Part shown: positions 1 to 14,894 of the stretch, piece after piece | Layout: every line of letters starts with the position of its first letter | Position numbering within the stretch: the stretch's first letter is position 1 | DNA from: the human T2T-CHM13v2.0 reference genome, Homo sapiens | Strand: one strand, 5' to 3' | DNA length: 64,000 nucleotides | NCBI RefSeq assembly: GCF_009914755.1 | Contig: NC_060925.1 | Notes under the pieces: model-generated | Told to the model about the DNA's origin: nothing | The model's input: only the letters and a program-made list of their open reading frames with translations | The model's database searches: none | Translations under genes and position numbers: made by a program

Positions 1-1089
1 TCCAGTTACTTCTAGGAGCAAAGGTATAACTGAAGTACATATATTAACATTTCATTCATTATCCAGGTCTTGTGTATTTTACTTCTGAAAGTTAAAATAT
101 CTGTTGGTCTAAGGATAATTTCTAGCTATAAAATCTTTGAGGTGGATTTTTACCTGAAATCTTTTTTGTAGTAGCTAATTTAAAAAACATTTTATAATGT
201 ATACTTGAATCTTTTATACCTACTTAAATATGATTAGTGTCAATGTTTGTGTCATAGCATCTCCTCTGATAATATAACACTCTGGCTTAGACAATGAGAG
301 CTCACCATCACATATTCAGTGTGCTCCTTTATATTTCACTTGCAGGTAGGTTGTTCCCTTGTCACCAGTTTTGGCTAAGAGACTGTGACTGGAAGGGATG
401 GAAATGTATTACATTGCTTGCTAATTAATTTGTCCACTTATATGTGGCTCTATTAGGCAGGCATTACATAGGTTTCAGAAAATAATAACATTTTCAAAAA
501 CTATAATCTGTTTATATTATCATGCAGCTTTATTAGACAGACATAACACATTTTAGAAAATAATTGCATAGTTTCCAAAACTATAATTTGCTCATGTTAT
601 TAGGATAAGCTAGACTATGCTGTGTTTTTGTGATAAATTAACTTAGAAATTATAGACACACAACATAATTTAGGCTTATTTTTTTTTCCTACTCTGAAGT
701 CAGAGGTAGCTTTATAGCTGTCCTCCCTCTGGAAGCTATTCCATCTGAAACACATGACCTTGTAGGCCCTCATAGGAAAATAAGGGAGATATGATGAGAA
801 ACCCCTCCTAGTAATGCCCTCCGTGTGGCGATATGGATCACCTCCACCCAAAGACATGCTTGATATTTAAGGCTCTTTCCTTACTATACGAATGCCAAGT
901 ATAAAAGCAAGTAATTATAGGAAATCTTGACAGTAAATATTTACACACACACAAAAAGGAATATCAGGGTCTTCTAGATTATTAGCTCAAAAACCAGATG
1001 GAATATGTTAAAATACCATCAGTCCAGTTTATTTGACTATGTTCTACTAGACAATAATTTAACTCTTTGTCTCAGTTTGTTCAGACATC

Positions 1090-1200
1090 TATAATTAAGT
1101 ACTATAGGCTGGATGTCTTACAAACAACAAAATTTTGTATGTCTCACAGTTCTGAAAGCTTGGAAATTTAAGATTAAGTCACTGGCAGATGTGTTGTCTG
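1090..1200 (-). mobile_element. MLT1-type (MaLR) LTR fragment
   Basis: Contains 'tctcacagttctgaaagcttggaaatttaagattaag...ggcagatgtg', the diverged antisense MLT1 3' end. Boundaries approximate. Confidence 0.5.
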
Positions 1201-1299
1201 CTAATCTGAATATTTTCAAATTAAGAGCATGGATTGGGAAGTATGAAAAGTTGTATAGAAACCTAAAGTTTTAAAAATAGATTTGAAGTTACTTTATGT

Positions 1300-1960
1300 A
1301 ACCATTTATTCATTCAGCAGCTATTTACCAAGAGTACTTTTGGCCATAGTGCTTTTATAGCTGCAGGGACTCTGTGTTGTAAAATAAACAAGATCTCTCT
1401 GCCTTCAATAAGCTTAAAGCTCAAAAGTGGGGGACACAGATAAGGATCTTAGAAACAAAATTGAAATGGAAAACATTTATTTTGTTAAGAGCATAAAGAA
1501 TTTTATGTAGGAGAGTAAAATAGAAAAATAGTAAAATAGAAAGTGACAAATACTTAGAATATGTGAGCTGTGTCTCTCTGGTAATTTGATATTTTATTAA
1601 GATCTTGGTTATGAAAAAGAAGAACAAGCTATAGGACGATTTGGGGGCACAGCATTGCAAGCAGAGGAAAGAATAAGTACAAAACCTAAGAAGGGAATGA
1701 GATTGGTTAACTGTATGTAGGAACCAAAAGAAGGCCTATGTGGCTGGGGTACAGTGATAGAGAGAATTGTAGAAGAAAATAACAGACAGAAAATTAGACA
1801 GGGGCCAGATTATGTAATATTTTATAGACCTCAATCAGAAATTCTGATCTTTCTTTAGGTAGTTTGGGAATCTATTGGAGGGTTCAGAGCAGGGAGGTGT
1901 GTGCTCTGAGTGGCTTGCTGCTGTATGGAATAAAGGACTGTAGGAGAATAAGTGTACAAG
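1300..1960 (-). mobile_element. L2 LINE 3' fragment
   Basis: Starts 'catttattcattcagcagctattt' (antisense L2 tail), followed by purine-rich L2-like sequence ('ggggccagattatg', 'ctattggagggttcagagcaggg'). Confidence 0.55.
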
Positions 1961-1964
1961 AAAC

Positions 1965-2085
1965 TCATTTGTAAAGTTGGATAAAGATAGTACCTACTTC
2001 AGAAAATTGTTATAAGTATTTAATGAGTGGATATATGTTATATTCTTAAGTAGTACCTGGTATATACTTAGCACTCCAAAAATAT
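1965..2085 (+). mobile_element. MIR SINE fragment
   Basis: 'catttgtaaagttggataaagatagtacctac...ttaatgag...agtacctggtatatac' resembles the MIR core and 3' end. Confidence 0.55.
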
Positions 2086-3274
2086 ATGTTAAATAAATAA
2101 TATTGGTTTATACAGAGGTGTTTTCAGAATTACAAATATAAAAATGCTAGTGATTATTTAAAAACTATTTCAAACAGAGCACAAAAATGATAGGTTATCT
2201 CTAGGGTACAGGTGATCAGTACATTTTATCTCTGATTGTTGAACTCTTGTTCTTTCTTCTAGTCTAGTTCAGTTATTATCTGCTATAGAAAAAAATTCTG
2301 AACTCACACCTTGAGTATAACAGTTACTATACTCAAATTTGCATTAAAATAACCAATTACAAATTCCTTCAGGGTAAAGATTCTCTATCACTTTTTATAG
2401 CTCCATAATAGGTAGTAAGTTTCCTTATATGCAGAGAACCAACTAAAATTGCCCGGCATTAGAAGGAGGGCATTGAAATTCAACAGAATTAGAAAAAGTA
2501 AGCATTTGAGGATGGTGATCACTAAGTGGAAGATTAGAAAAATAATTTCACAGGAACAGAATTCATGTATGCATTAGTCAGCCATTTAGCAATTAGTCTT
2601 ACAGATACGATTTTGAAGATACTCTATTTTATATTAAAATATTAAGAGTTTTGTGGTCAGGTCAATTTTTAAGCACTCTTATTAACCAATTAAGCAAAAA
2701 AGTCAATAGACATATGGAAAAAATTGAGCTATACACATATTCTGATAAATCTTCTAAAAGCTCCTAAAAACTATTTCTTCACAGAGCCTGTGTATGAATT
2801 CCATTAATTCAAATGGAAATTCCACATATATTGTACCTCAAGTGGAGATGAAATTCCTTTTATATTCAACTCTATAGTTCAGTACTGTACATTAATTGTT
2901 TTGATGTATGATTCAAAGTATGGGTTATGCTTAATGCACAAAGCCTTAAAAGATGAAAAAAGGATAGCTGAAGCTTAACACTTACATTTCCTTAAACAAA
3001 AAAGGTGAACACAATGGAGAGAAAGAAATATCTGTGTTTTACACATAGATAAGGAGAGTATGTGTGAAGTTTTGTATAGTGAATGAGTTAGGGCAATGAT
3101 GAAAGGGGGAGCCTGGAGCTTTCTTCCAGGGAAATTTTTTCAGCTACTTAATACTCATTGAAAGCCTTCAGAGATATTAACTGTTATATATATATATGAA
3201 TGGGAAGCTTTTTATATTTTCATTTCTCAACTCTTACAGATTGATAATGGCTTAAGAATACTTTGCAATTTAAA

Positions 3275-3965
3275 ACTTCTAATGGTCTCCTTGCTTTTGC
3301 CCTTGCCTCCCTATTGGCAGCTAGAGTGATCCAAAGAAGCAAAAGTAAAGGCATGATACCCCCTGCTCAAAATATACAGGTCCCTTTCATCACATTCAGG
3401 GCGAAATCCAAAGGTGTCACACTGGCTTGCAAAGCCCTAAATTATTCAACTCCTATTTCCTCTCTGACCAAGATACCTGCTTCTCTACCCACCCTGAATA
3501 GCAGGAACATAACTGCCTCATGTTCATTGTTCTTTCTGTTCCTACTGCTTGGCCAGCTTTTTCCCAAGGACAAAATGTGATTCACTGATTAGTTTCTTCA
3601 GGTCTTTGAACAAAAATTACTTCAAAGGAGGCTTTCTCTAGCCATTCTACTTTACTATTTAAAATTACAGCTGCTCACTCCCCAGTGCCCTATGCTTCTC
3701 TACTCTCTTCACTGCTTTATTTTCCTGCATAGATGTATCACCTCTAGACCTCATATTTTATTGTTTTGTCTCTGTGGGTATATGCACACGTGTGTGTGTG
3801 TGTGTGTGTGTGTGTATTCTCCAGTTAGAGCTTAGAATTCATGAAAACAAGATCTTTTGTTTTGTTCTCTGAAGCATACAACCCCTATATAGTGCCTGGC
3901 ACATTCTAAGTGTTCAATATAAATATGTTGCACCAATATTTGATGAATCAATAAATGAATGATTC
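3275..3965 (+). mobile_element. L2 LINE 3' fragment containing a (TG)12 microsatellite
   Basis: Ends 'atagtgcctggcacattctaagtgttcaat...aaatgaatga', the typical L2 3' tail. Confidence 0.55.
3790..3815. repeat. (TG)12 microsatellite
   Basis: Read directly from the sequence. Confidence 0.95.
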
Positions 3966-4166
3966 CAAAAATAAACTAACTGAATCATTAGGTAATAAAG
4001 TTTTACTTTAAACAAATTATATCCTTATGATCTATATTTTGAGAGCTTGGCAAAAAAATACTATGTATCTTCTATTTCTATAAGTCATTTATTTTTCTGT
4101 TCTTTGCATTGTAATACAATGTCTATGATAGTCATCTACTGAGAAAGAAATCTGAAAATGCACTGA

Positions 4167-4509
<343 letters not shown>

Positions 4510-4545
4510 ATTTTCTTTCTATCTTTGCAAAATATGTCCATGTAA

Positions 4546-4902
<357 letters not shown>

Positions 4903-5249
4903 TATACTGTTAATTTTTCTGTTTATGATCTGGTGTGTGATTTCTTTTTTCTATAATTTTGTTAAATTGATTTGATTGAGCAAACACATAAAGGGTGGGG
5001 AATGTGACTTAAGAAAAAATAAACAGTAGATTCAGCTTGATTGAATGGTAATGCTCTTTTTTCCAGTAGTTTTTAAGGGTGAAGAGACTAGCTGATTATG
5101 AAAACTGACTACCTTATAAAATGGGAAAACGTTTGGATTATCTGGTGTTTAGCTTAAAAATATTTTTTTCAATTATTTCTTAAAACTGCATGTGAATCCA
5201 CAACTGTCTCAAAATAAAATATTCTAAGGATTAATTTTACTTTATTTTT

Positions 5250-5630
5250 ATTTATTCATTTAAAAATCATCATTTTTTCCTAGCAACTACTATGTTGCCC
5301 ACATATGGCTCAAGTATCTAATGAGAATACGGTGTTTGAATTGTGGTTAAAATTGCGGGAAAAAAGCAAAATGTCATTTTTCAAGTATCTTACATATTAG
5401 GAGACAGAAAACAAATCAATAAAGAGGTTTTGATAACAGCTCTAGAAGAAAATAAAGTGAGATAAAGGGTCAGATATTGCCAGATGGTGCCATTTTTGAT
5501 AAGATGATGATGATGCTGGAAATTATCTCTGAGGAGAAATATTTTAGGAAAGGGAGTGACCATTTCAACTATTCAAGGGAGAGTATTTCAGGAAGAGAAA
5601 CTGGCAAAAGCAATCCCTGGAAGCTTCATA
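5250..5630 (-). mobile_element. L2 fragment (highly diverged)
   Basis: 'tttattcattt...' start and 'gagtatttcaggaagagaaactggcaaaagcaatccctgg' resemble antisense L2. Confidence 0.4.
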
Positions 5631-6519
5631 TAGGTGTCTAAACTCTGGGGCTGAAGATAAAGTTTTTATTGACAAAATGTACAAATTTGTTCCATTCTTC
5701 TATTGCATCTGTGGTTTCGGGTCATCCAAATGATGGGTCAATCTAAAAAATTACAAAAATATACACAGAAAAAGAAGAAATATTTACTATTTCATAATAT
5801 GGAATTCATTATACACAATCACAGGGTGATGGGTGCTGACCAATAAAATAGCAAATGGGTGATTTATATATATTATCACAACTTCCTCACAGTTGCCTTC
5901 TTCCTTCTTTGTAACATGTAAGTATATTTTTGTCTTCATAATTATTAGGATAAATTTTAACAAACGGTTTATGGCATAATCATTTGCCAAAAGTATTTCA
6001 GTAGTTGCACAAGAATAGAGATTATCAGTGCAAATCCAAAGAAACCTGGGTACCTCAACTTCACTCTCCACCCACTCCTCTCCCTTTCACTGCCCAGTTC
6101 ATTTTCCTTTGCTTCACTTTCATATTCTATTTATTCATTCTTCCTTTTTATTGACATTTATAATTAACATGTACGCACACACGCTTATATAAATACTATT
6201 CAATAAATTTCATAATGCATTTCAACTTAGTTTGGATATTTCAAGAGCAAGAATTACATATTTTCATTTTTGTATGCTTAACAATATACAATACTCAATA
6301 CACGCAAGCATATTAAATGTTCCTTACATGAAATAGTGCTGTTAGATAGAGCATAATAAAGGCATAGAGTCGGGAATATACAAAGTAACTCCCCAAAATT
6401 GAGTTGTTGTTCTATGTAGGCTAATGGTTAAAACATGTGAAAGGAAAAATAAGACTCATTGTCAATATGGATTGAAGGGCATATTATTCCCTTTAGTTCT
6501 TATACCAACCATGGGATGT

Positions 6520-6640
6520 TGATAGTATCATCATTCCCATTTTACATAGAAGAAAACTTTGGCATAGCAAGTTTATACCACTTACTTCATTTGTTTAATA
6601 ATAGAGGTTAGAACATAAATTATCAGTATTTTCTAACCTG
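6520..6640 (-). mobile_element. MIR fragment
   Basis: 'cattcccattttacatagaagaaaactttggcatag' resembles the antisense MIR core. Confidence 0.45.
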
Positions 6641-7079
6641 CTACAAAATAGTGTGGAAGATTTCACTTGCAAATGACAAAAATCCCTATTCTAACCCATT
6701 TAAAACATCTGAAAAGCAAAATTGGTTTCACATAGAGTTGGATTCAGTTAGTCAAAAAAAAAATTGCACGGCAATATCTCTCTCTGTCTTGATGCTAATT
6801 TCCTTCGTGCTCCATTCTCACGCAGGTTCTTTCTTTATATTGTATATTTAGCTTCCAGCAGCTTCAGCCTACATTCTAATCCCTTAGCAGATGCAGTTAT
6901 AAAAGGGGCATGGTATTTTCCAAGGATTGCCATGCCTTTTCAGAAGTCTTTTTAGTCTTTTTAGCTCTGGATGGTGTAACTACAGCCAATTATGCATGTC
7001 TGAACTGTAGCCCCTTATATAAAAGGCTCAGGTTGGTCAACTTTCAGCACTTTTAAGTACTTTTGAGACTGTCTTCAAA

Positions 7080-7400
7080 ATACATTCTGAATTTGATTAC
7101 TTCCATTTATTAATTTTTTGCCACCTACCCACACCATCGATTGGTAGCACTACCATAATATTTAACGGATTTTCTTGCTTCCAGTTTGATACCTTTAAGC
7201 TCTATTTTCCACAAAGCAGTGCAGATTGATTTTTTTTAAAGTTTAATCACAGTAGTCCTAGTTCTAAATGCATTTATAACTTCCCACTGATTTTAGTATA
7301 AAATTAAACCTCTTATCATGGCCTAAAAAGTTTTACATAATCTATCACTGCATAACTGTGGGACCTATTCTCTTACATTCTTCCTTTTATTCACTGGTCT
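7080..7400 (+). mobile_element. L2 fragment
   Basis: 'tctattttccacaaagcag...cttcccactgattttagtataaaattaaacctctt..catggccta' resembles L2. Confidence 0.45.
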
Positions 7401-7651
7401 TTTTTTTGCTTTTTTTCTCTTTCACACAATTGTACGTCAGTGGATATTCCAGCATTCACTGAAAATTCCCTTACCAAGCTTATTTATTTTTTAAAAGTTT
7501 TATCAGTGTCTCGTTTTCTCATCTGTACATTGAACACATTGCACCTATGATAAAATGGTGATTAAATGTACTAATAACCAAAATGTGCTTATGAACTTTC
7601 TCACTACATGAAAATTTGCATTATCATTGTCATCACCAACCTCACTCCTAC

Positions 7652-8165
7652 TGTTACCAGACAGCGTTTCCAATCCAGACCTCAAGAGAGGGTTCTTTGA
7701 TCTCATGCAAGAAAGAATTCAGGATGTGTCCGAAGTGCAAAGAAAAAGCAAGTTTATTAAGAAAGTAAAGTGGTAAAAGGACAGCTACCCATAGACAGAG
7801 TAGGAGGTTCCTGAAAGTAAGAGAAAGAACACATTCACCCTAGGTGCAATGTTTGTATATATGGGAGATGTGTTCTGCTTCAAGGTTCTGTGATAAAGAA
7901 TTAATTTTCTTAATTACTATGTTTTGCAAGAATCAATATTATTATCTTTAAAGCAAAATTAGGAATGACTTTGTTCTCTAGATATCAGTATATCTGAACA
8001 CTCTCAGTCTGGGTCTTAGTAAACACTATTGATTTGTTCCCTTAACCATAAACATCTAGAAGCTAGGAATGCCTAATTTTCTGGAAATTTAGCCCAGCAA
8101 GTTTCAGCCTCATTTTCCTAGTGTTCACTCAAAATGGAGTCGCTCTGGTTAGAATGCCTCTGACA
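7652..8165 (-). mobile_element. Solo LTR, MER41 family (ERV1)
   Basis: The minus strand begins TGTCAGAGGCATTCTAACCAGAGCGACTCCAT (MER41 5' end). TG...CA termini. Perfect 4-bp TSD CTAC at 7648-7651 and 8166-8169. Confidence 0.88.
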
Positions 8166-8859
8166 CTACCAGAAGAGTATTTTACTTATCTATATGTATT
8201 CCTGCATATTGTCTTCCTCCTTAGTTGCATTAACTTCTGTGGGTGCAAAGGCTTTGTAATTTACCCTTTATCACCAGAGACAAATATAACACCAGGCATC
8301 TAGTAAGAAGTCAATACATATTCATCGAATGAATAATTTGTGGAATAAATGTAATCATAACTCATATTGTCCCTCTGTATTTGTGCTTTTAGTTTTCAAG
8401 GGGCACAGGTATTCTCATGTGCCTTCACTCAGGTGGTAGTGTTTATTTTTAGAGAACACAGAGAAGTCAGGGAAAGAGAAAATCAACACTCTATAAAAAG
8501 GGCAAGATATCAAAGAGCACTGGAAAATCATTTATCACCATTCAGAACATAAAAGTAGCTCCAGTGACCCATAAGCAACTCTAATGACCCAGACAATAGA
8601 TACGGTATACTAGTAATTTTGCTATTGCCTTTGAATCAGATGTCTATTACATTTTGATCTAGTAACCCCCACTAATGACTCTTTCTTCCCTTGTCTGTGG
8701 CTGTTTCTACTTTTAACACTTCTTATCTAATCCTTCCAATCAATGCATTATCTATTTATTTACACATATATTTAAATTCACCAAAAAAAGATGGATCAAT
8801 CACTTGCATAATGATCATCTGTGGCAAATGATGCCATTTTTGCTCTTCTACTTGATAGC

Positions 8860-11153
8860 TAATACGGTTTGGCTGTGTTCCCACCCAAATCTCATCTTGA
8901 ATTTCCATGTGTTGTAGGAAGGACCCAGTGGGAGGTAACTGAATCATGATGGCAGGTCTTTCCTATGCTGTTCTTGTGATAGTAATTAAGTCTCATGAGA
9001 TCTGATGGTTTTAAAAACAAGTTTCCCTGCACAAGCCCTCGTTTTGCCTGCTGCTATCCATATAAGATGTGACTTGCTCCTCTTTTCCTTCTGCCATGAT
9101 TTTGAGGCCTCCCCAGCCAGATGGAACTGTAAGTCCATTAAACCTCTCTTTCTTTTGTAAATTGCCCAGTCTCCCAGTTTTGGGTATGTCATTATCAGCA
9201 GCATGAAAATAGACTAATACAGTAAATTGTTACCAGTAGAGTAGGGTGCTGCTATAGATACCTGAAAATGTGGTAGTGACTTTGGAACTGGATAACAGGC
9301 AAAGGTTGGAACAGTTTGGAGGAGCTCAGAAGAAGACAGGAAAATGGGAAAGTTTGAAACTTCCCAGAGATTTGTTGAATGGCTTTGCCCAAAATGCTAA
9401 TAGCCAAATGGGCAATGAAATCTAAGCTAATGTGGTCTCAGATAAAGATAGGGAACTTGTTGGGAACTTCAGCAAATGTGATCGTGGTATGTTTTAGCAG
9501 AGAGACTGGCAGCATTTTGCCCCTGCCCTAGAGATTTGTGAAACTTTAAACTTGAGAGAGATGATTTAGTGTATCTGGTCAAAGAAATTTCTAAGCAGCA
9601 AAGCATTCAAAAGGTGACTTGAGTGCTGTTAAAGGCATTCAGTTTTAAAAGGGAAACAAGAGCATAAAAGTTTGAAAAATTTGTAGCCTGACAATGCAAT
9701 AGAAAAGAGAATCCCATTTTCTGAGGAGAAATTCAAGCTGGCTGCAGAAATTTGAATAAGTTATGAGGGGCCAAATGTTAATCCCCAAGACAATGGGGAA
9801 AATGTCTCCAGTGCGTGTCAGAGGTCTTCACAGTAGCCCCTCTCATCACAAGCGTGTAGGCCTAGGAGAAAAAAATTGTTTTCCTGGACCAAGCCAAGGG
9901 TCCTGGTGATGTGTGCAGCCTAGGGACTTGGTGCTCTGCATCCCAGCCATTCCAGCCATGGCTAAAAAGGGCAAAGATAGAGCTTAGGCCATGCCTTTAA
10001 GTGTGCAAGCCCCAAGCCTTGGCAACTTCCATGTGGTGTTAAGCATGTAGGTGCACAGAAGTCAAGAACTGGGGTTTGGGAACCTCCAGCTAGATTTCAG
10101 AGGATGTATGGAAACACCTGGATGCCCAGTCAGAAGTTTGCCGTAGGGGTGGGACCTTCATGGAGAAACTCTGCTAGGGCTGTGCAGAAGGGAAATGTGG
10201 GCTTGGAGCCCCCACACAGAGTCCCTACTGGGATACTGTCTAGTGGAGCTGTGAGAAGACAGTCACCATTCTCCAGACTCCAAAATGGTAGATACACTGG
10301 CAGCTTTCATTGTGCACCTGGAAAAGATGCAGACACTCAACACCAGCCCACAAAGGCAGCCAGGAAGGAGGTTGTACCCTGCAAAGCCACAGGAGCAGAG
10401 CTGCCCAAGAAAATGGGAACCCACCTCTTGCATCAGTGTGACCTGGATGTGAGACATGGAGTCAAAGGAGATCCTTTTGGAGCTTTAAGATTTGACTGCT
10501 CTGCTGGATTTCAGACTTGCGTGGGGCCTGTAGCCCCTTTGTTTTGGCCAATTTCTCCCATTTGGAATGGCTGTATTTACCCAATGCCTGTACCCTCTTT
10601 GTATCTAGGGAGTAATTAACATGCTCTTGATTTTATAGGCTCATGGGCGGAAGGGAGTTGCCTTTTCTTGGATGTGACTTTGGACTGTAGACTTTTGATT
10701 TAATGCAGAAATGAGTGAAGACTTAGGGGGACTGTTGGGAAGGCATGATTTGTTTTGAAATGTGAGGACATGAGATTTGGGAGGGGCCAAGGGCAGAATG
10801 ATATGGTTTGGCTGTTTCTACACCCAAATCCCCTCTTGAATTCCCAAGTGTTGTGGGCGGGACCTGGTGGGAGGTTACTGAATAATGGGAGCAAGTCTTT
10901 CCCTTGCTATTCTTGTGATAGTAAATAAGTCTCATGTGATCTTATGGTTTTAAAAACAGTAGTTTCCCTGTACATGCTCTGTTTTTGCCTGCTGCTATCC
11001 ATGTAAGATGTGACTTGCTCCTCCTTCCCTTCTGCCGTGATTGTGATGCTTCCCAGCCCCATGGAACTGTAAGTCCATTGAACCTCTCTTTCTTTTGTAA
11101 ATTGCCCAGTCTCGGGTATGTCTTCATCAGTAGCATGAAAACAGACTAGTACA
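8860..11153 (+). mobile_element. Complete THE1A-type MaLR element (LTR 8860-9221, internal 9222-10798, LTR 10799-11153)
   Basis: Two ~360-bp LTRs ('..atatggtttggctgt...gactaataca') flank a ~1.58-kb THE1-int with a PPT ('gggaggggccaagggcagaa'). Decayed 5-bp TSD ATAGC/ATTGC. Confidence 0.95.
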
Positions 11154-11199
11154 ATTGCCATAAGCTATTTTTCTTGCTAACAGATGCTCTATTTTTTTT

Positions 11200-11667
11200 T
11201 TAGGGGACAATGATCAGCTTTGGTGAATCCTCACAATTGCTGTAGATCAGTCATGCACATACAAATCCCTTTGAAATTGATTGTCAATGAGAAATGAAGG
11301 GTTGCCTATTAGGGAGCTTCTGGGAAAGTTGTTTTTTTTCTTTTTTTCTAATAAACAGGAGAACACCTGGAGGATAAAACACTTTTTCTCTTATTTCTAT
11401 TTTGCATTGCAGGATGTCTTGGGAGCTCATAATGCTTAAAACTCTGATAGTCATGTTAGAACTGAGGTTGGAGCCTAGTGTCTAAAGCCAATATGCTGAA
11501 GAAGGTGGTATGTAATGGTAGATAGAGATGCATCCTCAATACCACTCTTGAATAGAATCATCCATATCTACCAATCTGATTAAGCAAACAGTATATTCCC
11601 TCGATGTTTAAACCACTTTTTAGCCAGGTTTATATTACTTCCACGTGACCAAATTCTAACTGACGTA
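11200..11667 (+). mobile_element. Old MLT1 (J/K-like) LTR remnant
   Basis: 'gggagcttctgggaaag', 'aaagccaatatgctgaaga' and 'tgtttaaaccacttt...ttctaactga' resemble old MLT1 LTRs. Confidence 0.4.
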
Positions 11668-11957
11668 CCACCCAATATATGATACTAAGAGACTGAGTTC
11701 TCTAGACAAGACAACAAAGATATAATAGGATGCTTTTAATGTTTCGGGGAATTTTTTCAACCAGCGTGTTTTGACCATGACAGCACTCACAAGATTCAAA
11801 ACATGGTCAATAATGTATAACTGACTGTCTATATAATCTGTTCTCAGAAGGCAGATGTGGGACAAACAGGCACTTACAGATATTCCAATGCATTTGCAAG
11901 GCATTCTGACACGTTATATTTAAAAGTTGAAGACAATTTTTATGTAAGTCCCAAAAT

Positions 11958-12285
11958 TGAGACAGCCAGGTGGGGAGGACTCCCTGGCAAAACTCCAACA
12001 AGCCTGTGCACTGGGAGGAATGCACACTGGAGTGGAGCCACAGAAGTTCACCCACTTGCTGTGGGGAGGGGCCTGGGCCCTGGAAACTGGGAGTCAAACT
12101 GCCAGGTGGGAAGTTCACCAGCAGGGACTATGGCTTTGTGGAGGGTCACTGTTTCGCTTTTTTTTCCCTTTTCACCCAATAAAACCCTGCCTTACTCACC
12201 CTTCAAATGGTCTGTGAGCCTAAATTTTTGTGTCCAGGTGACTAGGACCCCACCTTTAGCTGAACTAAGGAAAAGTTCCACATCA
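11958..12285 (+). mobile_element. Solo LTR, MER61 family (ERV1)
   Basis: Starts TGAGACAGCCAGGTGGG, has AATAAA at ~12178 and ends 'gctgaactaaggaaaag..catca'. TSD AAAT at 11954-11957 and 12286-12289. Confidence 0.85.
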
Positions 12286-13613
12286 AAATCAATCACAAAA
12301 CAAGCACAAAGTCTTAGTTACCCCCTAACTAGATATTTGTCCTGTGTTTCCTGACCTTACTGGGCTTTCAGATAAGCTTCCAGTGTGAAAAGTTGACTCA
12401 GAACATTCACCTTATGGAAGAAAGATAGACTGTTAAAAAAGCGGGAATTAAAGAGATACAGACTATTGGGTGCAAAATAAAGCTGTGCTCCCACCTGAAA
12501 GACTGCAATGCAAATATTACGGCTTAACATAGAATGATTAATTGGCAGCATGTCTAGTATATACATTTGTAAACGTACATTAAAAAACATAAATCACCAA
12601 TATATGTCCAATTATCTACTCTATTTCTAAATACAAAAGTAGTTTGTTAAAAGGATTATAGAACAAATACTATGTAAAAAAAATGAATATTTTAAATTTA
12701 CTTATTTTTGTGTTATCTTATGTACTGAGTTAATGAAATATTTTACCTCTCCTCCTTACAAGTAATACATGAAGCAGTCATTTAAAGAAAATTGGATTAT
12801 CCTACCAGATAACTCCTTCAGGATGTACATTTTCTTGTGCCTGAATAAAGCTTTTGTAGTACTTCATTGAAAAGAAACACTCTCAGTTGAACTGAATTAT
12901 TAGCATTTCCAACAACTGTTCTTTTAAAGTATGTCAGAAAGTGACATAAAAGTACCAGTCACAGTCAGTCATGAAGCCATGTTATAAAGTGGCCTATCAT
13001 ATTTCAAAACCGTCATTTTGTCATTCTCAGAAGCTGTCTTCCTCCCTGAGTATCAGATAGTGATGACAGACTGAACCTGTCACCTAATTCCCTGTAGAGC
13101 TGCAGGCTGAGAGGGTATGCTGAAAGATCCAGAGTGACAGTGAAAAATGTTTATGTACTAACATTTTTCTATATATTTTAAATGAATGATTCAAAGTGTT
13201 GTTGCAAAGCAGCTGTTAAATACTTGGAAGGAAGTACCATAGAGTATATACTACATGTAATAATTTATTAAAATACAACTATAAAGCCTTAGAAAAGAGA
13301 CTATATGTCTAAGTCAATTCTGATTAATAATAACTTCTGAAACCATGCGGGCAAAGTAAATTCATCTTCCTTTAATCAATAATATTCTCTTTTTTGCCTC
13401 CACATCACTGCATCTACAATAGTTAAACAAATTATTATATTATTGTATTTGATTCCATCACATATCTTTCCCACATTAGATTTTAAATCTACTAATGGAT
13501 CTACCTGAGTACAATTATAACACTAGAGATACTCGATGGTTTCTTGATTGAATCAATCTTATCTACCAATACTGGTATTATAAATAAATACAATTTACTC
13601 AAAATACATTTTG

Positions 13614-13900
<287 letters not shown>

Positions 13901-13904
13901 TTTT

Positions 13905-14860
13905 TTTGAGCACTTTATACAATTGTAGTATATATAATGAAAAGTAAACATAGAAGTGTAAAAACAATGAATGTTCACAACTAAACACACCTATAACATA
14001 CATAAAGTGCAAAATATTTACATGTATTACTCATTAATCTTACATATGTTTACAAACACATGGAATAACCACCAAGACTGAAATATAGAACATTTCCAAT
14101 ACAACACGAGGCCCCTTTTGTCAATCTCAGCAGTATGCCTCCAGGGCTAAGCATTATTCCATCTTCTTTCTCCATAGATTAGAATTGGTTGTTCTTTTTA
14201 CACCATTTTTTCCTCTCAGTCCTTCTGTTTAACATTTTTGTGTTGAATTGCCTTTATGTTTAGTAATCCTGCAGTTAAATTCATCCAGTAAGTATTTAAT
14301 TAAATTCTATAATTCTAAAATATCCATTTGGTTACTTTCATCCATTTGAATTACCTCTTGAATTTCTCTAAATTCATCAGTTTTTTCTTCTATCTCATCC
14401 TCTGTTTTATTCAGCTTATCAATCACAGATATTTTTAAAAATCCCTTTCCACTAACTCCAATTTTTGGATTATGTATAAATTTTCTTTCTTTTAAAACTT
14501 TCTTTGATTTTTGGTCATATTTTTCTAATGCTTCACATATATCACGATTTTTTTTTAAATTTCATGAGCCGACAAAGAACTATAGAGACTGCAAATGTTA
14601 TCCTCTGCTAGAGATACTTCTCCTTTGTCTTGTTTGGCAAATAGTCTAAGGATCTGCTTCTTTCAAGTTAATCAGAGTAAGATCTAGTTCACCTTGCTCC
14701 TCAGGGTGGCTCTCCTGAAATTTTCTGCTGAGGCCCCAGTAGGTACCTTATACTTCCGATCTGAGAAAGAGCAGGAATGTTAAGTTCTGCAGGTAGAGAT
14801 TGCATGCTTAACTTTTTACCCTCCTTCTCCATACTGTTTCAAAATGTGATAGAAGTTATT
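13905..14860 (-). mobile_element. Ancient L1 (L1ME-like) fragments
   Basis: 'aaccaccaagactgaaatatagaacatttcca' resembles an antisense L1ME 3' end. The rest is diverged L1-like sequence. Confidence 0.4.
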
Positions 14861-14894
14861 AAGGAGAAATTTACTTTTATGGCAAACCCCATGC

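Noticed and set aside
7652-8165. Interferon-inducible (STAT1/GAS) MER41 enhancer
   Set aside because: I found no intact TTCNNNGAA at the candidate spots (ttcctgaaa, tttctggaa), and the copy does not look like MER41B.
10104-10619. 171-aa ORF (similar ORFs at 56325 and 61761)
   Set aside because: Remnants of the THE1-int MaLR ORF, broken differently in each copy; not a host gene.
11990-12030. p53 response element in the MER61 LTR
   Set aside because: Only one imperfect half-site (caacaagcct) is visible, with no adjacent second half-site.
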